Positions 25,690 to 40,085 are shown, counted from the stretch's first letter. The stretch: 64,000 bases of DNA from Octopus sinensis (GCF_006345805.1 NC_042998.1:141298001-141362000), one strand, 5' to 3'. Notes: a model not told the origin generated them from the letters alone. Translations and numbers: made by a program.

Positions 25690-27494
25690 GACTGCAGCCA
25701 TCAGATCGGTGCCCCAACATGGCCACAGTCCACTGACTGCAACAAATGAAAGATAAAAGATGAAAGATAAACACGCAAGTCTATTTGTCCAATCATTCCT
25801 TCCTGCTGTGATTTAGTCAGTCTATGGTTCTAACCTAGCACTGTCTCAATAATGGCAATAATAAATATATGATCGGTTGGTGATGATAACAAACGATTTA
25901 TTTAGGAAGACGAGTGTCAATGATTTCTGTTATGAGTCTAATGGCTTCGTAACTGTTCAAGTAATATTTCTATTGTAGTCTTTTGTTAATTTTTGTTGGT
26001 TTGCGTGATAGAATCACGGGAAGAGGGAAGAAAGATAAAATCAAGGGAGAGAAAAATAAAATGAAACTCATAAAATGTCCTTTTGTCTACCAAACACGAA
26101 CGTTATAAAGTTAGAGGTTTTCATTCCACTCTTAGTTTTGACAAACATACAACGCAAATGTCTTCTATTTGTTTTTATTTCTTTGTTTTTGTTTTTCACT
26201 ACATCAGTTCGGAATTCTTGCTTTCTATCTTTGTTTCTTTCTTTTCTTTTTTTTCTTCTGTCTCTTTCATTCTTCAGCTCCTTCATGAAGAAAGAAGAGA
26301 ATGAGGAGGTGAGGAGGAGGAGATGCAGGAGGAGGAGGAAGAGGAGGAGGAGGAGGAGGAGGAGGAAGAGGAGGAAGAGGAGGAAAGGAGGAGCAGGAAG
26401 GTGGGGGAGGGAGTCCGGAATATTGAGAAAAAATGTTTTAAAACATTGTGAATCCAGCATAGCAACTGTACCGTCATCGCCATCTTAATTTCAGAATAAA
26501 AGATATTTCTCTTCTTGTCATTGCGATTGGAGTACAAAGTAGTAACGTTTGAAAGGATACAGAGAGAGAGAGGGGGAGATGAAAGGAGAGAGAAGGGGAG
26601 AGAGAGGCTGGGAGAGAAAAAGAAAGAGGAAGTCAGAGAGAGGATTGAATGAAGGTGAAAGAGCCTTTTAGAAAATGTGATTATTTCACTAAAAAGTTCT
26701 GTATGAAATTTCAGTATGAACACACACACACACACGGTTCTGATAAATGGATAACACGAACTATTTTTCTTCAGCTGTAGTTATTTGGATGCAATGAACT
26801 GAGAAAATTTCCCGCCTAGAAGGTTCTAAGGTTCCACACTTGACCCCAAATGCAATAATTACTGGTATTAGTCCCCTGCCAAACTTAATTTATATTTTTA
26901 ACCACCACAAAGACTTCTCTATAGTCACTAGAGCTGCTCAATAGCAGCATAACCAAGTATTCTCATCTAAGTGTCCGCCATCTTTTAAAATGGCAACCAC
27001 ATGTTTTACAATCATAAATCTTGGAAGAGCAACAAAGAGAGAACAGTCACGGTTTGAACGTTCATTCAATTGAGTCTTTGATCGACTGTTCCAGCACCGC
27101 AGATTCTACTTAAGCTGAACTGACCGATAATTCTTTGTAAGGTCAACAAAACAACAATAAATCAACTTAAGTCTTGAAATGTCTGTCAAAAATTTTGATT
27201 GAAAATAGTGTGAATAATAAAAAAAAGAGGTATTTTCTTGCCTTTTTTTTTCAGTGCTATCGTTGCAGACCCCTAGTCTGCGGGATCAATCTAAAATCAA
27301 GTGAGTATAAAAAGGAAAAAGGGAAAGTGAAACGATTTAATATGGAGTGGCCTTGCTTTGCCTACTTCTGGGTCCTTCTGCGTTTTGAGCCAAAAATTAA
27401 CTAATTAATGGAATTGTAGGGGTGCTGTTGTGACATATGATGAGCATAGGCATTTTATTTATTTACTCTTTAACGGTAGATAAAGCAATTAAAA

Positions 27495-27690
27495 ATGGTT
27501 TGAGATTTTGGTACAAGGTCAGTAATTTCGGGAAAGCGGGTAAGTCTACATCGACTCCAGGGCTCAACTGGTACTTATTTTATCGACCCTGAAAGGATGA
27601 AAAGCAAAGTCGACTTCGATGGCATTTGAACTCAGAACGTAAAGACGGACGAAATGCCGCTAAGCAGTGCTTCTGGGGTGCTAACGATTG
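27495..27690 (-). mobile_element. SINE family B
   Basis: Reverse match to the consensus. Confidence 0.8.
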
Positions 27691-28295
27691 ATAAGAGCGT
27701 CTAAAAGATTAAACTATTGATAAGAGCATGTAAATGTTTACAGACGATGTGGGTTCGAATTCCATGAGGAGCCTTCGACTTTTTCAATCCAAAAGGGTTT
27801 TTAATTCAGTATTTATCCGCTATTATTAACAGTGTTATGCACAGTTTATCTTCATCTAAAAAATGAATTATGTCACGTTCTCCCAAAGTTTCTAAATTCA
27901 TATGATTTCAATTTTGTTTATTGTTTTTTGTAGACTTGGTGGCGCCCATTCCTCGTGGTGTCAATTATATAAGGTACCTGTTACGCACTGGGGTTGATGT
28001 AATCGACTTAATCCCCTCCCTCAAGCTGTCCTTGTGGAAAAAAACTTATTATTTTTTTTCTATACATAAATTACTGCATTTCAGATCCTATTCAAACCCT
28101 TCCCCGAATTTTAGCATTTAGATAATGTACGGAGGATCTTTTCTTTGCCAGAAATCTCTGCACACTTTTAGTTGTATAAAATTCCTTAACTCTTTGAGGT
28201 ATGTAAACGATTTACAAAAGGTGGGATTTAAAACTTGAGAAGCTGCATTAACTGACACGAAATTCAAAATACGTCCGTGAAAATCAAGTTCATTA

Positions 28296-28653
28296 CATAG
28301 GTGCGGGAACGAAATTTGCATAGAGGGGTGCACCCAAGGTCCAAACTTCTTTTACAAACAAGGTCAATTTTTTTCAATTTTAATATCAAAGCAAAGGCAG
28401 GTACAATAATGATTTCTAATTTTAGAACAAGGCCATCAAGTCCAGGAGAGGAGGCAAGTTGATTTCATCGACCCAAGTGCTCGACTGATATCCTTATTTT
28501 ATCGACTCCTAAAAAATTAAAGGCAAAGTCGACCTGCGCTGGTTCGTTTTGACGATGAATTTTTTTCAGGAGATGTTCAAAGCTTTTTCATTGCCCACCA
28601 AAAATTTTAGGAGGTGCACTTGCACCATCTGCACCCTTGTTCCCGGGCCTATG
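28296..28653. mobile_element. hAT MITE containing a SINE B fragment (28410-28540)
   Basis: TIRs CATAGGTGCGGGAAC / GTTCCCGGGCCTATG; 8 bp TSD gttcatta/gttcattg. Confidence 0.8.
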
Positions 28654-30578
28654 GTTCATTGGTTTTGTCTTCGAGTATTTATTTTCCTTTCCAACAACTG
28701 ATATAAAGTACATATTGAGATCCTACCATTTTTATTGACGGATTACTCGTATGCATTCCTTCTGACCAACGAAAGAATCATGTTTGGTTAGAAAATTGTT
28801 GGTAGTATGTATTTCCATAATTTATTACTGAATTAAATTTTCTTGTGAATCATTTTGATGAAGTGCTCAGATGCTAAACAAGTTTTCAGTTTCTTAGTAT
28901 CAGGTAAATTAAAGAAAAAAAAACGCCTTTCAATATGATAATCACAAACTGTAGCATGAATATTTTACAAATGTTATAGTTGTAATCATATTTATGAATC
29001 TCGAAGACAGTGAATTACGTTGTCTCCAAACATTGTTTACCTGGTACAAAGTTCAATGCAGTTATCTTTTTTATAAATGCTCTTCGTTCTCAAAAAATTC
29101 TATAAAGGTTTTCTTTAGCCTATTGCTGATACAAGAATTATTCTTTAAAAAAAATGGTGTTTGCACTTATATATCAGTTACTTCAAGACCTAATAACCAA
29201 AATTTTGACATTTTAAGACGTCAATTAACTCGTTGCACAAAGCCAGAGTAATAACTTTCTTCGTTAAACTCATATATTTTATTCCACATAACTTAACCTT
29301 TTCAAGTAAATTCTCTTCACTGCAATTTGTTATCAGATAAATTTGGTGATCTATCGATCGAATATCATAGTAACATGTTATTTCTACATCATATTTAATT
29401 TCAAATTCTTTCATTTCTGAATTCTAGGTGCAAGCCTTCATAAATATATTTCAAATTAAATTTGAGTTTGCACAATTATTAACATTACTGTTTTGGGGAT
29501 TTTTTTAAAATACAGATTTCCCATGAACAGCTACAGCAGTTTACACGTTTGTTAGTACACAGCATCACAGTTACAACACATGCAGAGTGCATTATTCTTC
29601 CACATGAGTCACCTCAAGTGACTTCCCCAATCTTTGTTATACAGTCAGCCATCATTAGTTATTACATTTTCCTATTATGTGAGGCAGTTAATAAGATTAG
29701 TTAAAAGTTTTCAAAAGATGGATGCTACTATTATAGTTACACAATTTTTTAACCTAATTAAAGAACAGAATTCATTGAACACCAATCGGTAGGTTTTTTT
29801 AAAAATAAAAACAAAAAATCAAATTAATATAATAAACCTCACATTCTTTCACATCTTTTTTTTTTTCAATTCAATTAGGCCGCAAATTAAAGATGGTGGC
29901 ACTGTAAATTAACAATAAAGAACACGCATTTTTAATGAAAACTTTACTACATTTGCATGTAATGAATTTTTGTTGCCATTTTGATTTAATTTAGTAAAAT
30001 AAATAAATAAATAAATAAATTTCTCCATGTGAAATAGCAAATATAAAAGGGAAATTCTTTAATTTAGATTTAAAATGTCTATAAAAAATCCTTACCGAGT
30101 GACATTGTTGAAAACACATATTTTGTACCGAAGACTTGTATATTTACTGCCAATGCGTCCCGGCAGATTCGAACGTGTATATACTAACCGCTGTTGTGTT
30201 TCGTCACACGAAAGCAACTTCACCCTGGATTCATTAACGCAAGAGATTCTGTATTTTGCATTCATATATCGGTCATTGAAATCTTGCCAGAACCAAACCT
30301 AACCCACCTAAGGCTGGGTTACGTAGCATTAGTTTATGTTAATTTACAAAATATTTACATTCCAAGTACATATTTAATATCAGGTGTCAGTTACAAGTGG
30401 GCCGTGGATCATAGGTTTGCCATGAAGGCGCTCTCTGTGAGCTTCGAAACTTTCCTAATTTCTTTTTAACATATTGAGTATTTGATGGTTTTTAGAAAGC
30501 CTTTTGAGTCACGACTGCTTTAATTTTGCATATACATGCATGTCACTAATGGAAAAAATACGTGAGGATATTTTTTAG

Positions 30579-30620
<42 letters not shown>

Positions 30621-31529
30621 GAATAATCGGGATATTTTTGTGTAAAAGATATATAATATATACAGGTGAAATGTAAAATATCATATAATACATACACATG
30701 GAGTATGCGGGATATTTATGTGCATCTCCTGTGATCTGTTCTTCATTACCAGATATTTACAGGCATCATCTGTGTTACGGAGTCCTGCGTTCCTAAAAAT
30801 CTTACCGAACTGTAGAATTCCGTTCCTCGAAACTTATTTTCCTCTTGATTTTGTATGTTATAAATTTTTTTTTCGATCTCACCCAAATTAATTGCTATTT
30901 TTATGCATAAAAATATTAATTTTTAATCACTCTTCATCCCATGGCTCGGGTCATATTATCCACAACGCTCATAACGTTAAATTTTGTTTTGAGTCTCTAA
31001 CTGTATGTTTAACCTCTACATCAACTGCTCTTTTGAGTTATTTCAAAGTTCTCGAATAATATGCATTGAATCGAGCGACCGCATAGAGATACCGTCGTTG
31101 GCTTTCCCATTTGTTGTTGTTGTTTCAGCTGCTGTTACTGCTGTTGCTGCTGCTGCTCTTATTATTGGCACCCCTGCTGTTGTTGATGTTGCTACTGTTA
31201 CATACCGGGACTACTTTCAGACTTACTGCTGTGATAGTCAACTTCTCATATTATAGATAGATATTAAAATTAAATATTTGCCGGGGAGATATTTCATTTT
31301 ATTTTATTTTCCAGAGAAATGCCTGCCTTAAGATTTACCGTGATAGTAGAATTTTAGTGTAACATATTTCTGAAAAGTTTCCCAAACTTAAATAGTTAGA
31401 TTAGAAATCAACCAAAATTTCTTATTTCAAAACAGCTCCCACATTTTGTCTTACCCTTTCTCGAAACAATTTTTTTTCTAACACCCTTCTTTTTTTTTCT
31501 CTTTTTCTTTCACATTTAAAGTAATACAA

Positions 31530-31795
31530 AGAATAATTCATTTCCACTTAAATGTGGATGTTCTATCAGAACAAACTATACTGCGGTAAACACCACGAGG
31601 GAAACTCTCATATTGGCTTTTGGTGCAAAATGTACTCCAGTTTATATCGCTAGCGAGGAAATAAAACCCCCACTAGCGCTACAAACAAGTGTATTTTGCA
31701 CGAAAAATCAATATGAGAGTTTCTTTCATAGCATCTATCGCTGTATAGTTTGTACTAACAGAACATCCATGTTTAAAAGAGGATATATATTCCCA
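31530..31795. mobile_element. Old fold-back/MITE element with >=130 bp degenerate inverted arms
   Basis: Core arms gaaactctcatattg..gtgcaaaat / attttgcac..caatatgagagtttc extend outward (tggatgttct..caaactatac / gtatagtttg..agaacatcca). Confidence 0.7.
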
Positions 31796-32177
31796 ATCGG
31801 TATTAACACTGCTTCTGTCGATAATATATATATTTTAAAAAGAATAATATATCGAAACGATATTGACAAGTGGAAAATATTCGCCATTTTCTCGTGGCAT
31901 GGATTATGGCCGAACAATTTCTCTATGATATTTGATTGCAGATATTATGGGATGTTTTGAATTCCAGAGATTAATAACGCAGAGAAGAAAATGGGTGAAT
32001 TTATTCGTTGTTATGCTTAAGTCAAGTCATACTTGGAATTATTAGACATTAAAATAGCAAATATGCGAATAAGGAAACAAGTAAATATTCAATAAGTAGA
32101 CAGAAGGCTCAAGTTATCAACGGCGTGAATAAAGAAGTCAAACAAATGAGAAACTCAAACTAAAGAAACAATGAATC

Positions 32178-32535
32178 TTGGTTTGAAACATTGGCACAAG
32201 GCCAGCAATTTTGTGGAAGGTGGGTTGAGTCGATTACATCGATCCCAATGCTCGGAAGAAATGCCGCTAAGTGTTTTGCCCGGCGTGGTAACGATTCTGC
32301 CAGCTCACCGCCTTAAAGAAACTATAAATATTCATTTTAAATTTTGGCACAGGGTCAGCAGTTTCGGGGGGTGGTTTAAGTCGATCACATCGATCCCGGT
32401 GCTCAACTATCGATTCCGAAGGGATGAGAGGCAAAGTCGACATTGGCCGAACTTTAACTCAGAACGCAAAGACAGAAGAAATGCCGCTAAGCATTTTGTC
32501 AGGCGTGCTAACGGTTTTGTCAGCTCGCCGCCTTA
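32178..32535 (-). mobile_element. Two SINE family B copies in tandem
   Basis: Reverse match; each copy is followed by ...aaactataaa. Confidence 0.8.
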
Positions 32536-32914
32536 ATAAAACTATAAACATTACCAACCTTTATCGCACTTAAGCCTAAGCGGATACAATTTCGTTTCAC
32601 TGTACTCTCAGGAAAACGCAAAAGCTAGCGATCAAATGGTTTTGTGTCTACGGCTCACTAATTGTCAGAAACATCGTTACTTTCAGCCTTAAACATAAAA
32701 AAAAAACTACGTCGTCAACCGTTTTTACGTTTTCCAAGGTTACAGTAGAACGAAATAGTGACTGCTAAAGCGTATTCACAGATTCAAAGGATTAACTATG
32801 GAGATGAAGGACTCAGAAAAGAATATCACCAAGTACAAAAAGGTCAGCCCACCAGAACTGAAGTCCAGAGATTATAGAAGCTGCAAGATAAACAAAGAAG
32901 TCATGTCATAAGTG

Positions 32915-33220
32915 CAAGTATGGCTGTATGGTTAGGAAGCTCGCTATGTAACCAGTGCTTTGTAAGTGATTTTGATTGACGGAAAGTGTACCGAAGTCCG
33001 CTGTGTGTGTGTGTGTGTGTCCCTTACCATTAGTGTTGGTTTGTTTGTTTGTGGCGCCATAACTTAGCGGTTCAGCAAAAGACGTCGATAGAGTAAGAGC
33101 TAGATTTTAAAAAACAGGGTAATAAATACTAGGGGGCAATTTGTCCTACCAAACCCATCAAGCCGGTGCTCTAGTATGGCTGCTGTCCAATGACAGAAAT
33201 AAGTAAAATATAAAAGATAT
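32915..33220 (+). mobile_element. SINE family A, old and internally deleted
   Basis: tggctgtatggttaggaagc...aacttagcggttcagcaaaa...ggtgctctagtatggc. Confidence 0.7.
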
Positions 33221-33706
33221 GAATGAATTAGAAAAAAGTTACGTTAGCATGTAACGTACATCTGTAGTGCCTTCTTCTCATAACTACCCTCATGAACACC
33301 CAGGAAAGATCCAACCGGCAGAAACGCACACTTGAGGAACGCAATGTTGACGCTCTGCAATGGATCAACAACAAAGCAGGATTATTTGAATGAAAGATGC
33401 ATGAACAACGTATGACGTCTATGCTCATCAAAAGACATCAGGTCAAGCTGCAGCAGTGAAATAACAAAGATCATTTTAAAACCCGGGGCAGGAAAAAGCG
33501 CAGCAGTTGACCTGGCTACAATAGACACTGACAGACATAGAGTTACGTACAGCTCTGTCTCACTGGGAGGGGGAGGTGTACACAGACACACACACACACA
33601 CAAATACATATAAACATATGTAGTATATAATATATAATATAATTTATATAATATAATTTATAACATATGTAGTATATAATATATAATATAATTTATATAT
33701 AATATA

Positions 33707-33739
<33 letters not shown>

Positions 33740-33889
33740 TGTATGTATGTATGTATGTATGTATGTATGTATGTATGTATATGTAGTTTGCATAAAGCAT
33801 TGACTAATATTTTTAATCAATTTTTTTAGTGAAAGCAATGCGAATTATAAGAAATGTTATCAATCCCATGATTTGTACTTTTACCTTGT

Positions 33890-34625
33890 ATTTCAATACT
33901 TCGTAGCTAGGACCCCTTCTTCAGAAATTCTTCGGTGATATGTTGTGAAATGAAGTGTGTTTATGTGAAGGGATAGCATTGCTATAGTAGCCAATCAGCT
34001 GCATATAGTTCGGTTCTGTTGTTAATGTGTATGTCGGTCTTGACAATTAACACGGTTTCTTTTATTATTAAGTTCCAATGGAAAATTTGATGTCTTGGGT
34101 ATAACATTCCCGTAGCTGTTTTTTAATGAAAGAAGCATGAGCATAGGGATGTTCTTTAACCCGTTTGTATACTTGCTTGATGGTACTTCTGATACAGGAT
34201 TCATGTTATATACTACACAAGATTTTACACGGCACGTAGGGCCACAGATATATATTTTCAACGTTGATTGAGCAGTTGAACAATGAACACATGGTATTGT
34301 TTTTAGCTTGGATCCTCTCTGAGGAGGGTCCTGACTGTGCTAGACGTATATTTTATTTCATTTATTTCTTTTTGGGGGTGGGCTGGAACTAAAATGTGGA
34401 AGTTCCAAAAACAATATGGATACATGAGTTAAGTGGTCTGGTAATGTCCTGGTGTTTGGTGAAAGAGTTTGAGAAGCGATTCTCCACAAGAACTTTTCGG
34501 AATTGTATGGTGTTGATCTTTTTGTTGTCTGCTTCGCTGTATTTACAGCGTGTTCAGCAGATCTGATTTCTAATGCAGGCTATTTTAGCTCTGTTGGATA
34601 AGGATGAATTATAATTCACAAACTC
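33890..34625 (-). mobile_element. Highly decayed Penelope-like element
   Basis: Minus strand gives SSLSNRAKIAC (thumb-like) and C..VKSCVVY (GIY-like); a degenerate hammerhead-like CTGAAGA motif lies at the 3' end (33890-33928). Confidence 0.45.
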
Positions 34626-35249
34626 TTCCTTGCATGCCACTTTTTCTGTAAAAGATAATAGAAACGGATCCGTTCTCTGTGATCTTGTGTTCAAAACCAA
34701 GCAGAGATAAAGAACTCGTGATATCGGGATGCTTTACTTTCACCGTTTTACTTCCCTTTTAGGATTGTGGCGTGGAGTCTTTTATTCTCAGTGCAAGCGC
34801 CTTATGACTCTAAATTGACTTTAGTCCAGGATCCTCAGGCTAGGGCGGACATGGTAATCTACAACGTAGCCACAAGGTCATGGATTTGCGGGTGGGGTAT
34901 AAATAGATAATTATAAAAATGTGTGTTTGTAACTGGAGTTTTATTTTATCGAGCTCTTCCTCTAGGCTGATGGAAGACAGAGTAAACTTAAGAAGGATTT
35001 GAACGCAGAACATAAAGGGATGTAACTAATTTACACATCGTACTTTATTCGTTTCTACCAATCTACTGTTCTTTTTATTAAAACTATCTACATGCGTCGC
35101 TTACTTGAACATATATAGATGGTGATAGAGGTGTGGCGATGTATGCAGCTTTGACCGATTGGACGCATTCAGTTACAAATCTGCAAGGCGACAGGGTTCT
35201 TATCTTAACATCGCTAACATGTTTTTATGGACAGGAACTGTTTTCAGTT

Positions 35250-37760
35250 GAGAATCTTGTGTCTGAGCAGCCTTTAAAGGAGAACGCTGCTCGCCTGGAT
35301 ATACCGGGAAGGTGCTAGAAAAGGTGCACTAAAAATGTTAGGTTTTAAGAGGAGACAACACTGAGACTGGTTTGATTCCAATGATACAGTGATAAATGGA
35401 CTTTTAGCAACAAAGAAGGCCATTAATAAAAAAACTTCTTGACCCAAACGTTAAGAACTAAGTGCAACTAGAAAAGTTGTATACGTCTCAGAAAGCAAAC
35501 TTGTAAAAAGAACTCAGACAAATTCCTCCACCAAGTGTCTTTAAAGACACTTGGTGGAGGAATTTGTCTGAGGAAGTACAGGCAGTTTATGACAGGAAAG
35601 ACATTAAAAGTTTTTTAGTTTATTGTGGCAAGATTTTGGACCGCAATCTTCATCATATGTTCCATTGAAGTCAAAAGATGGAAATGAAGTTATTAACGAG
35701 CCTCCTGGAATAATGAATAGATGGAGAGAACACTTTGCAGAACTTTTCCACAATCCGTTTGTTGTGAACATGGATATCATAAACAGCATCTTGCAGAGAG
35801 AGATAGTGCAACACGTGAGCGATACCCTTTCCATTGAAGAAATAAATCCGGCATTATGTAAACTGAGATCAGATAAAGCTCTTGGATTGGATCGTATTCC
35901 AGTTGAAATTCTGAAAGCAGGTGGAGATCATATTTCATCTGAAATTCATAGCCTTATAACTCGAGTTTGGAATGAATCTTCTGTGCCACAGGAATGGATA
36001 AATGACATTCTAATCTCTGTATACAAGGGTAAGGGCCTAAAAGCAGTGTATGGTAATTCTAACGGGATAACTCTCGTTGCATATACCGGGAAGATACTTT
36101 CAAATACCATGTTAGATCGTCTCGTTGAGAATGTGTGCCCGCATATGATTCCTGAAGAACGATGTGGTTTCAGACCTGAGCGAGGAACAATGATCATGAT
36201 ATTTTCTGTGAGGCAGGTTCAGGAGAAATGCTTAGAGAAACAAATGCCACTATACCAGGTCTTCATAGATTTAATTAAGGCATTTGACACGGTAAACAGG
36301 GAGGCATTGTGGATTGTTTTGCATAAACTTGGTTGCTCAACACATTTTGTGAGCATCTTTAAGGACCTACATAGAAACATGAAAGCTCAGGTAGTCTTTA
36401 ATGGTGAGCTATCTCATGAATTTTTGGTGGACAATGGTGTTAAACAGGGAGATATTCCTACCCCTACACTTTTCTCTATTTATTTTGCTGCATTGCTTTG
36501 GTATGCTTTCAAGGATTGCTACAGAGAAACTGGAATCAAATTTCAGACATCTGGTCATATTTTTAATTTGATCCAGTTTAACTGCAAGGCAAAGACTTTC
36601 AAAATACTTGTTAGAGAATTATTTTATGCTGATGATGCTGAATTGTTAGCACACTCAGAGGGGGTTATGCAAAAGATTTTCCACTGAATGTGTACATTTA
36701 GGGCTCACAATTAGTCTGGGGAAAACCAAAGTAATGTTTACTCCCGTACCAGAACAAGCATATTCTGAACCAAACATTTTTGTGAATGGAACAAGGTTAG
36801 GAGTCGTTGACACCTTTGTTTACCTAGGAAGCACACTGTCAAGAGATGGTAGTTTTGATGCAGAGATATACTATCGAATAGGGAAGGCAGGTGTTGCATT
36901 TGGAAAGCTCGAAAAGCGAGTATGGGTTGATAGAGGTATTTCCCTGCAGACAAAATCAGTGTCTATAAGGCGTGAGTATTGACTGCACTTCTCTATTCAG
37001 GTGAGAGGCGGACCACTTACAAGCGTCATATAAAAATGCTGGAGAGATTTTATCAAAAGGGCCTCAGACGTATCTTAGGAGTCAAGTGGGAATGATTCAT
37101 ACCAGATACAGAAGTTTTGCGCATGGCATGTTGTAGCTCAATTGAACAACATGTGGTCTTGGCTCAAATGAGATAGACTGAACATTTTATTAGAATGAAA
37201 GACGAGCGATTGCCAAAGCGTCTTTTTTATGGTGAGCTCAACTCTGGTAAGCGACCACACTGTAAGCCAGAGAAAAGGTATAAAGACTGTGGTGAAGGAA
37301 AACCTGAGGAAACTAGACATGAACCAAAAGTGACTGGAAAAATGATGTTCTAGATCGGAACAAGTGGAGAGGTGCAGTTAGGACTAGTTGCAATGCCTGG
37401 GAGGAAAATATGATTCCGTAATCTGAGCTTATAAGGACCTATGGCAAAGGAACAATTGGAACTGTAATCAACAGTGAATACTGGATATTACATGTGATCG
37501 TGTTCTGTTGTCAAAAGCAGGATACCTGAATCATATGAAGTCACATGAAAATCGAAATGCCCAGACAGGTAATGAATAATCTTGGACATCAACTACCTCT
37601 TAAGGCTTGTGTCATATGTCATAAAACCTGTAAGATAATATATGGACTTAAAAGACATATGCTAGCTCACAAAAACATTCCTTCAGAATCAGATTCCAAA
37701 GGGCAAAGATATAGAAGAAACATGAATATGTCACTTGTTTTAAACCCTGTCATCTGATCT
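35250..37760 (+). mobile_element. 5'-truncated RTE-clade LINE: RT plus C-terminal C2H2 zinc fingers, pseudogenised
   Basis: ORF 35623-36687 has CGFRPERGT, FIDLIKAFDTVNR, GVKQG and LFYADD; then FVYLGS and RLPKRLFYGEL; ends CDRVLLSKAGYLNHMKSH and CVICHKTCKIIYGLKRHMLAH. Confidence 0.92.
35513..35572. repeat. Perfect 60 bp palindrome with no spacer
   Basis: ctcagacaaattcctccaccaagtgtcttt|aaagacacttggtggaggaatttgtctgag. Confidence 0.95.
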
Positions 37761-37853
37761 TAAAAGTGATCTAAGGGTTCATCAACGGAGCGATTGCGCT
37801 GTGTGATTGGATGTGGGGTGTGTTGATGGGACGGCTATCATCTGTAAGAAATA

Positions 37854-38230
<377 letters not shown>

Positions 38231-38635
38231 AATTGATAGATAAACATAGGTACAGATATATATATATATATATATATTATATGTATTATATATGTGTGTA
38301 TGTATATTTGTATATACATATATACACATACATACATACATTCATACACACACGAGCACATTCACACACACACTCTCACACACTCACACACACACACTCA
38401 CATATATATGCATGTATATATATAAAATGTATTGTAGTTAATAATTTCATCAATATTTGATCAATATTTCATTATATAGACTTACATTTATTTAATCGTA
38501 TTATTTAACATTAATCATTCACTTCGATCTATAAAAATTTCTTTTTTTTCTTCCGTCGGAAACATTTTATCCATTTATTTGATGTATTTCTACTTAAATG
38601 TACCTGTAACTTCTAGATAATTCAAAATTAAGCTT

Positions 38636-38703
<68 letters not shown>

Positions 38704-38979
38704 GTGTGTGTGTGTGTGTGTAAACAGAGGGAAAATGGAGAAAAATTTACCGAGAAATAGTGAATAATGGAAAATACAAATAAAAATGAATAAACATTTA
38801 ACTTGTGTTTTTACTGTTATTAATGTAATAAAATAGGTTAATATTTTCCACAAGCTATATATTACCTTATTAAACATATTTGTACAATTAAATTACACAC
38901 ATGCGAACTCTAAACAATATAATACCTGACTAGAGGAGAGTATAACAGCTTAATTTAGATTCTCCCAATATTACTGATA

Positions 38980-39060
38980 CAGTAATCCTCCGACTATCGC
39001 GGGTGTTACGTTCAAAAACCCCACGCTATGGGTGAACCGCGATATGGCGAGGTATTTCTG
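38980..39060. mobile_element. Tiny pogo/Tigger-like MITE
   Basis: TA|CAGTAATCCTCCGACTATCGCGG...CCGCGATATGGCGAGGTATTTCTG|TA. Confidence 0.6.
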
Positions 39061-39066
39061 TATATA

Positions 39067-40085
39067 CAAGGCGTCTCTCAAAATGTATACACACTTCAAC
39101 AGCTGACAAATTTAGATTGAAGCCATAAGAGATAATGAAGAGGATCAAGGTTTGAACAAAAGAAATTTATTCTGAAGTGCCACTTGAAGATTGAAAACGT
39201 AGTCGAATTGCAAAGAAAATTTAGGAAGGAATTTCAAACAGGTCCACCAACGCGATTTACTCTCACTCGAATAAGTTTGTAGCAGATGAAACTACAGAAT
39301 AATCCACAAGAAGCGTTTTGGAATCCCGCAACATCGACGAGTGCCACAACGCAAGAAAGGGTACTAGAAACGTTTTGCCACACTTCAAGGAAGTCTGTAG
39401 GACAAGCAAATCTTGAGATTGGAATTTCTAAATCAAGCATCTATCGCATTATGAAGCACTGTCATTGGAAAAGTTAGATTCCAAGAATAGTCTACGCTCT
39501 CAATAGTCTATGTTCTCAATGAAGTGGTCCTTAATAAGACGTGCAGAAGGTGCACACTTTCCAGCATAGATGGTTTAAAGTATTTAATGCTTGTAGCCTT
39601 TAACTTACAATGGCTCAATTAACCGTCACAGTTGCACCTATTGGAGACCTGAGAATCCATATATTATGGAGGGATGTCATCTTAATTTACTAGCAGTTAC
39701 ATTATGGCGTGGTTTATCATTAAAAGAATTTATTAGATCATTCTTTTTGGACTTTACTGTGACAGGTCCCATTTACTTGAACTTGCTCTGACAATCTGTC
39801 GTGCCAAGCATTCAAGAAGACTTTGAAGATGTGATATTTTATTTCCAGCAAAATGGAGGATCCTCACACCACTACTATAATAGGATAAGAGCCTACTTGG
39901 ATGAGATTTTACCAAAAAAGTGGACTGGACGAAGAAGTTCAGTAGAATACCTTTAGCATTCACCGGAAATCTCACTACTAGATTTTTAATAAGGATATTT
40001 AAACGATAAAGTTTATGGTACAAAGATGGCAACAGTCAGCAAATTGAGGGCAGCTACTGAATGAGAATGCGCACAAATACCAAAC
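39067..40085 (+). pseudogene. Tc1/mariner-superfamily transposase pseudogene
   Basis: TA|CAAGGCGTC start; [65 protein letters not shown]. Confidence 0.75.

Noticed and set aside
26068-26735. ORFs with poly-Arg/Glu/Ser runs
   Set aside because: Produced by a (GAG)n tract and purine-rich low-complexity DNA; no domain or splice support
35623-36687. 354 aa RT ORF as a functional or domesticated gene
   Set aside because: Flanked by stops and frameshifts, with degenerate motifs; part of a dead RTE
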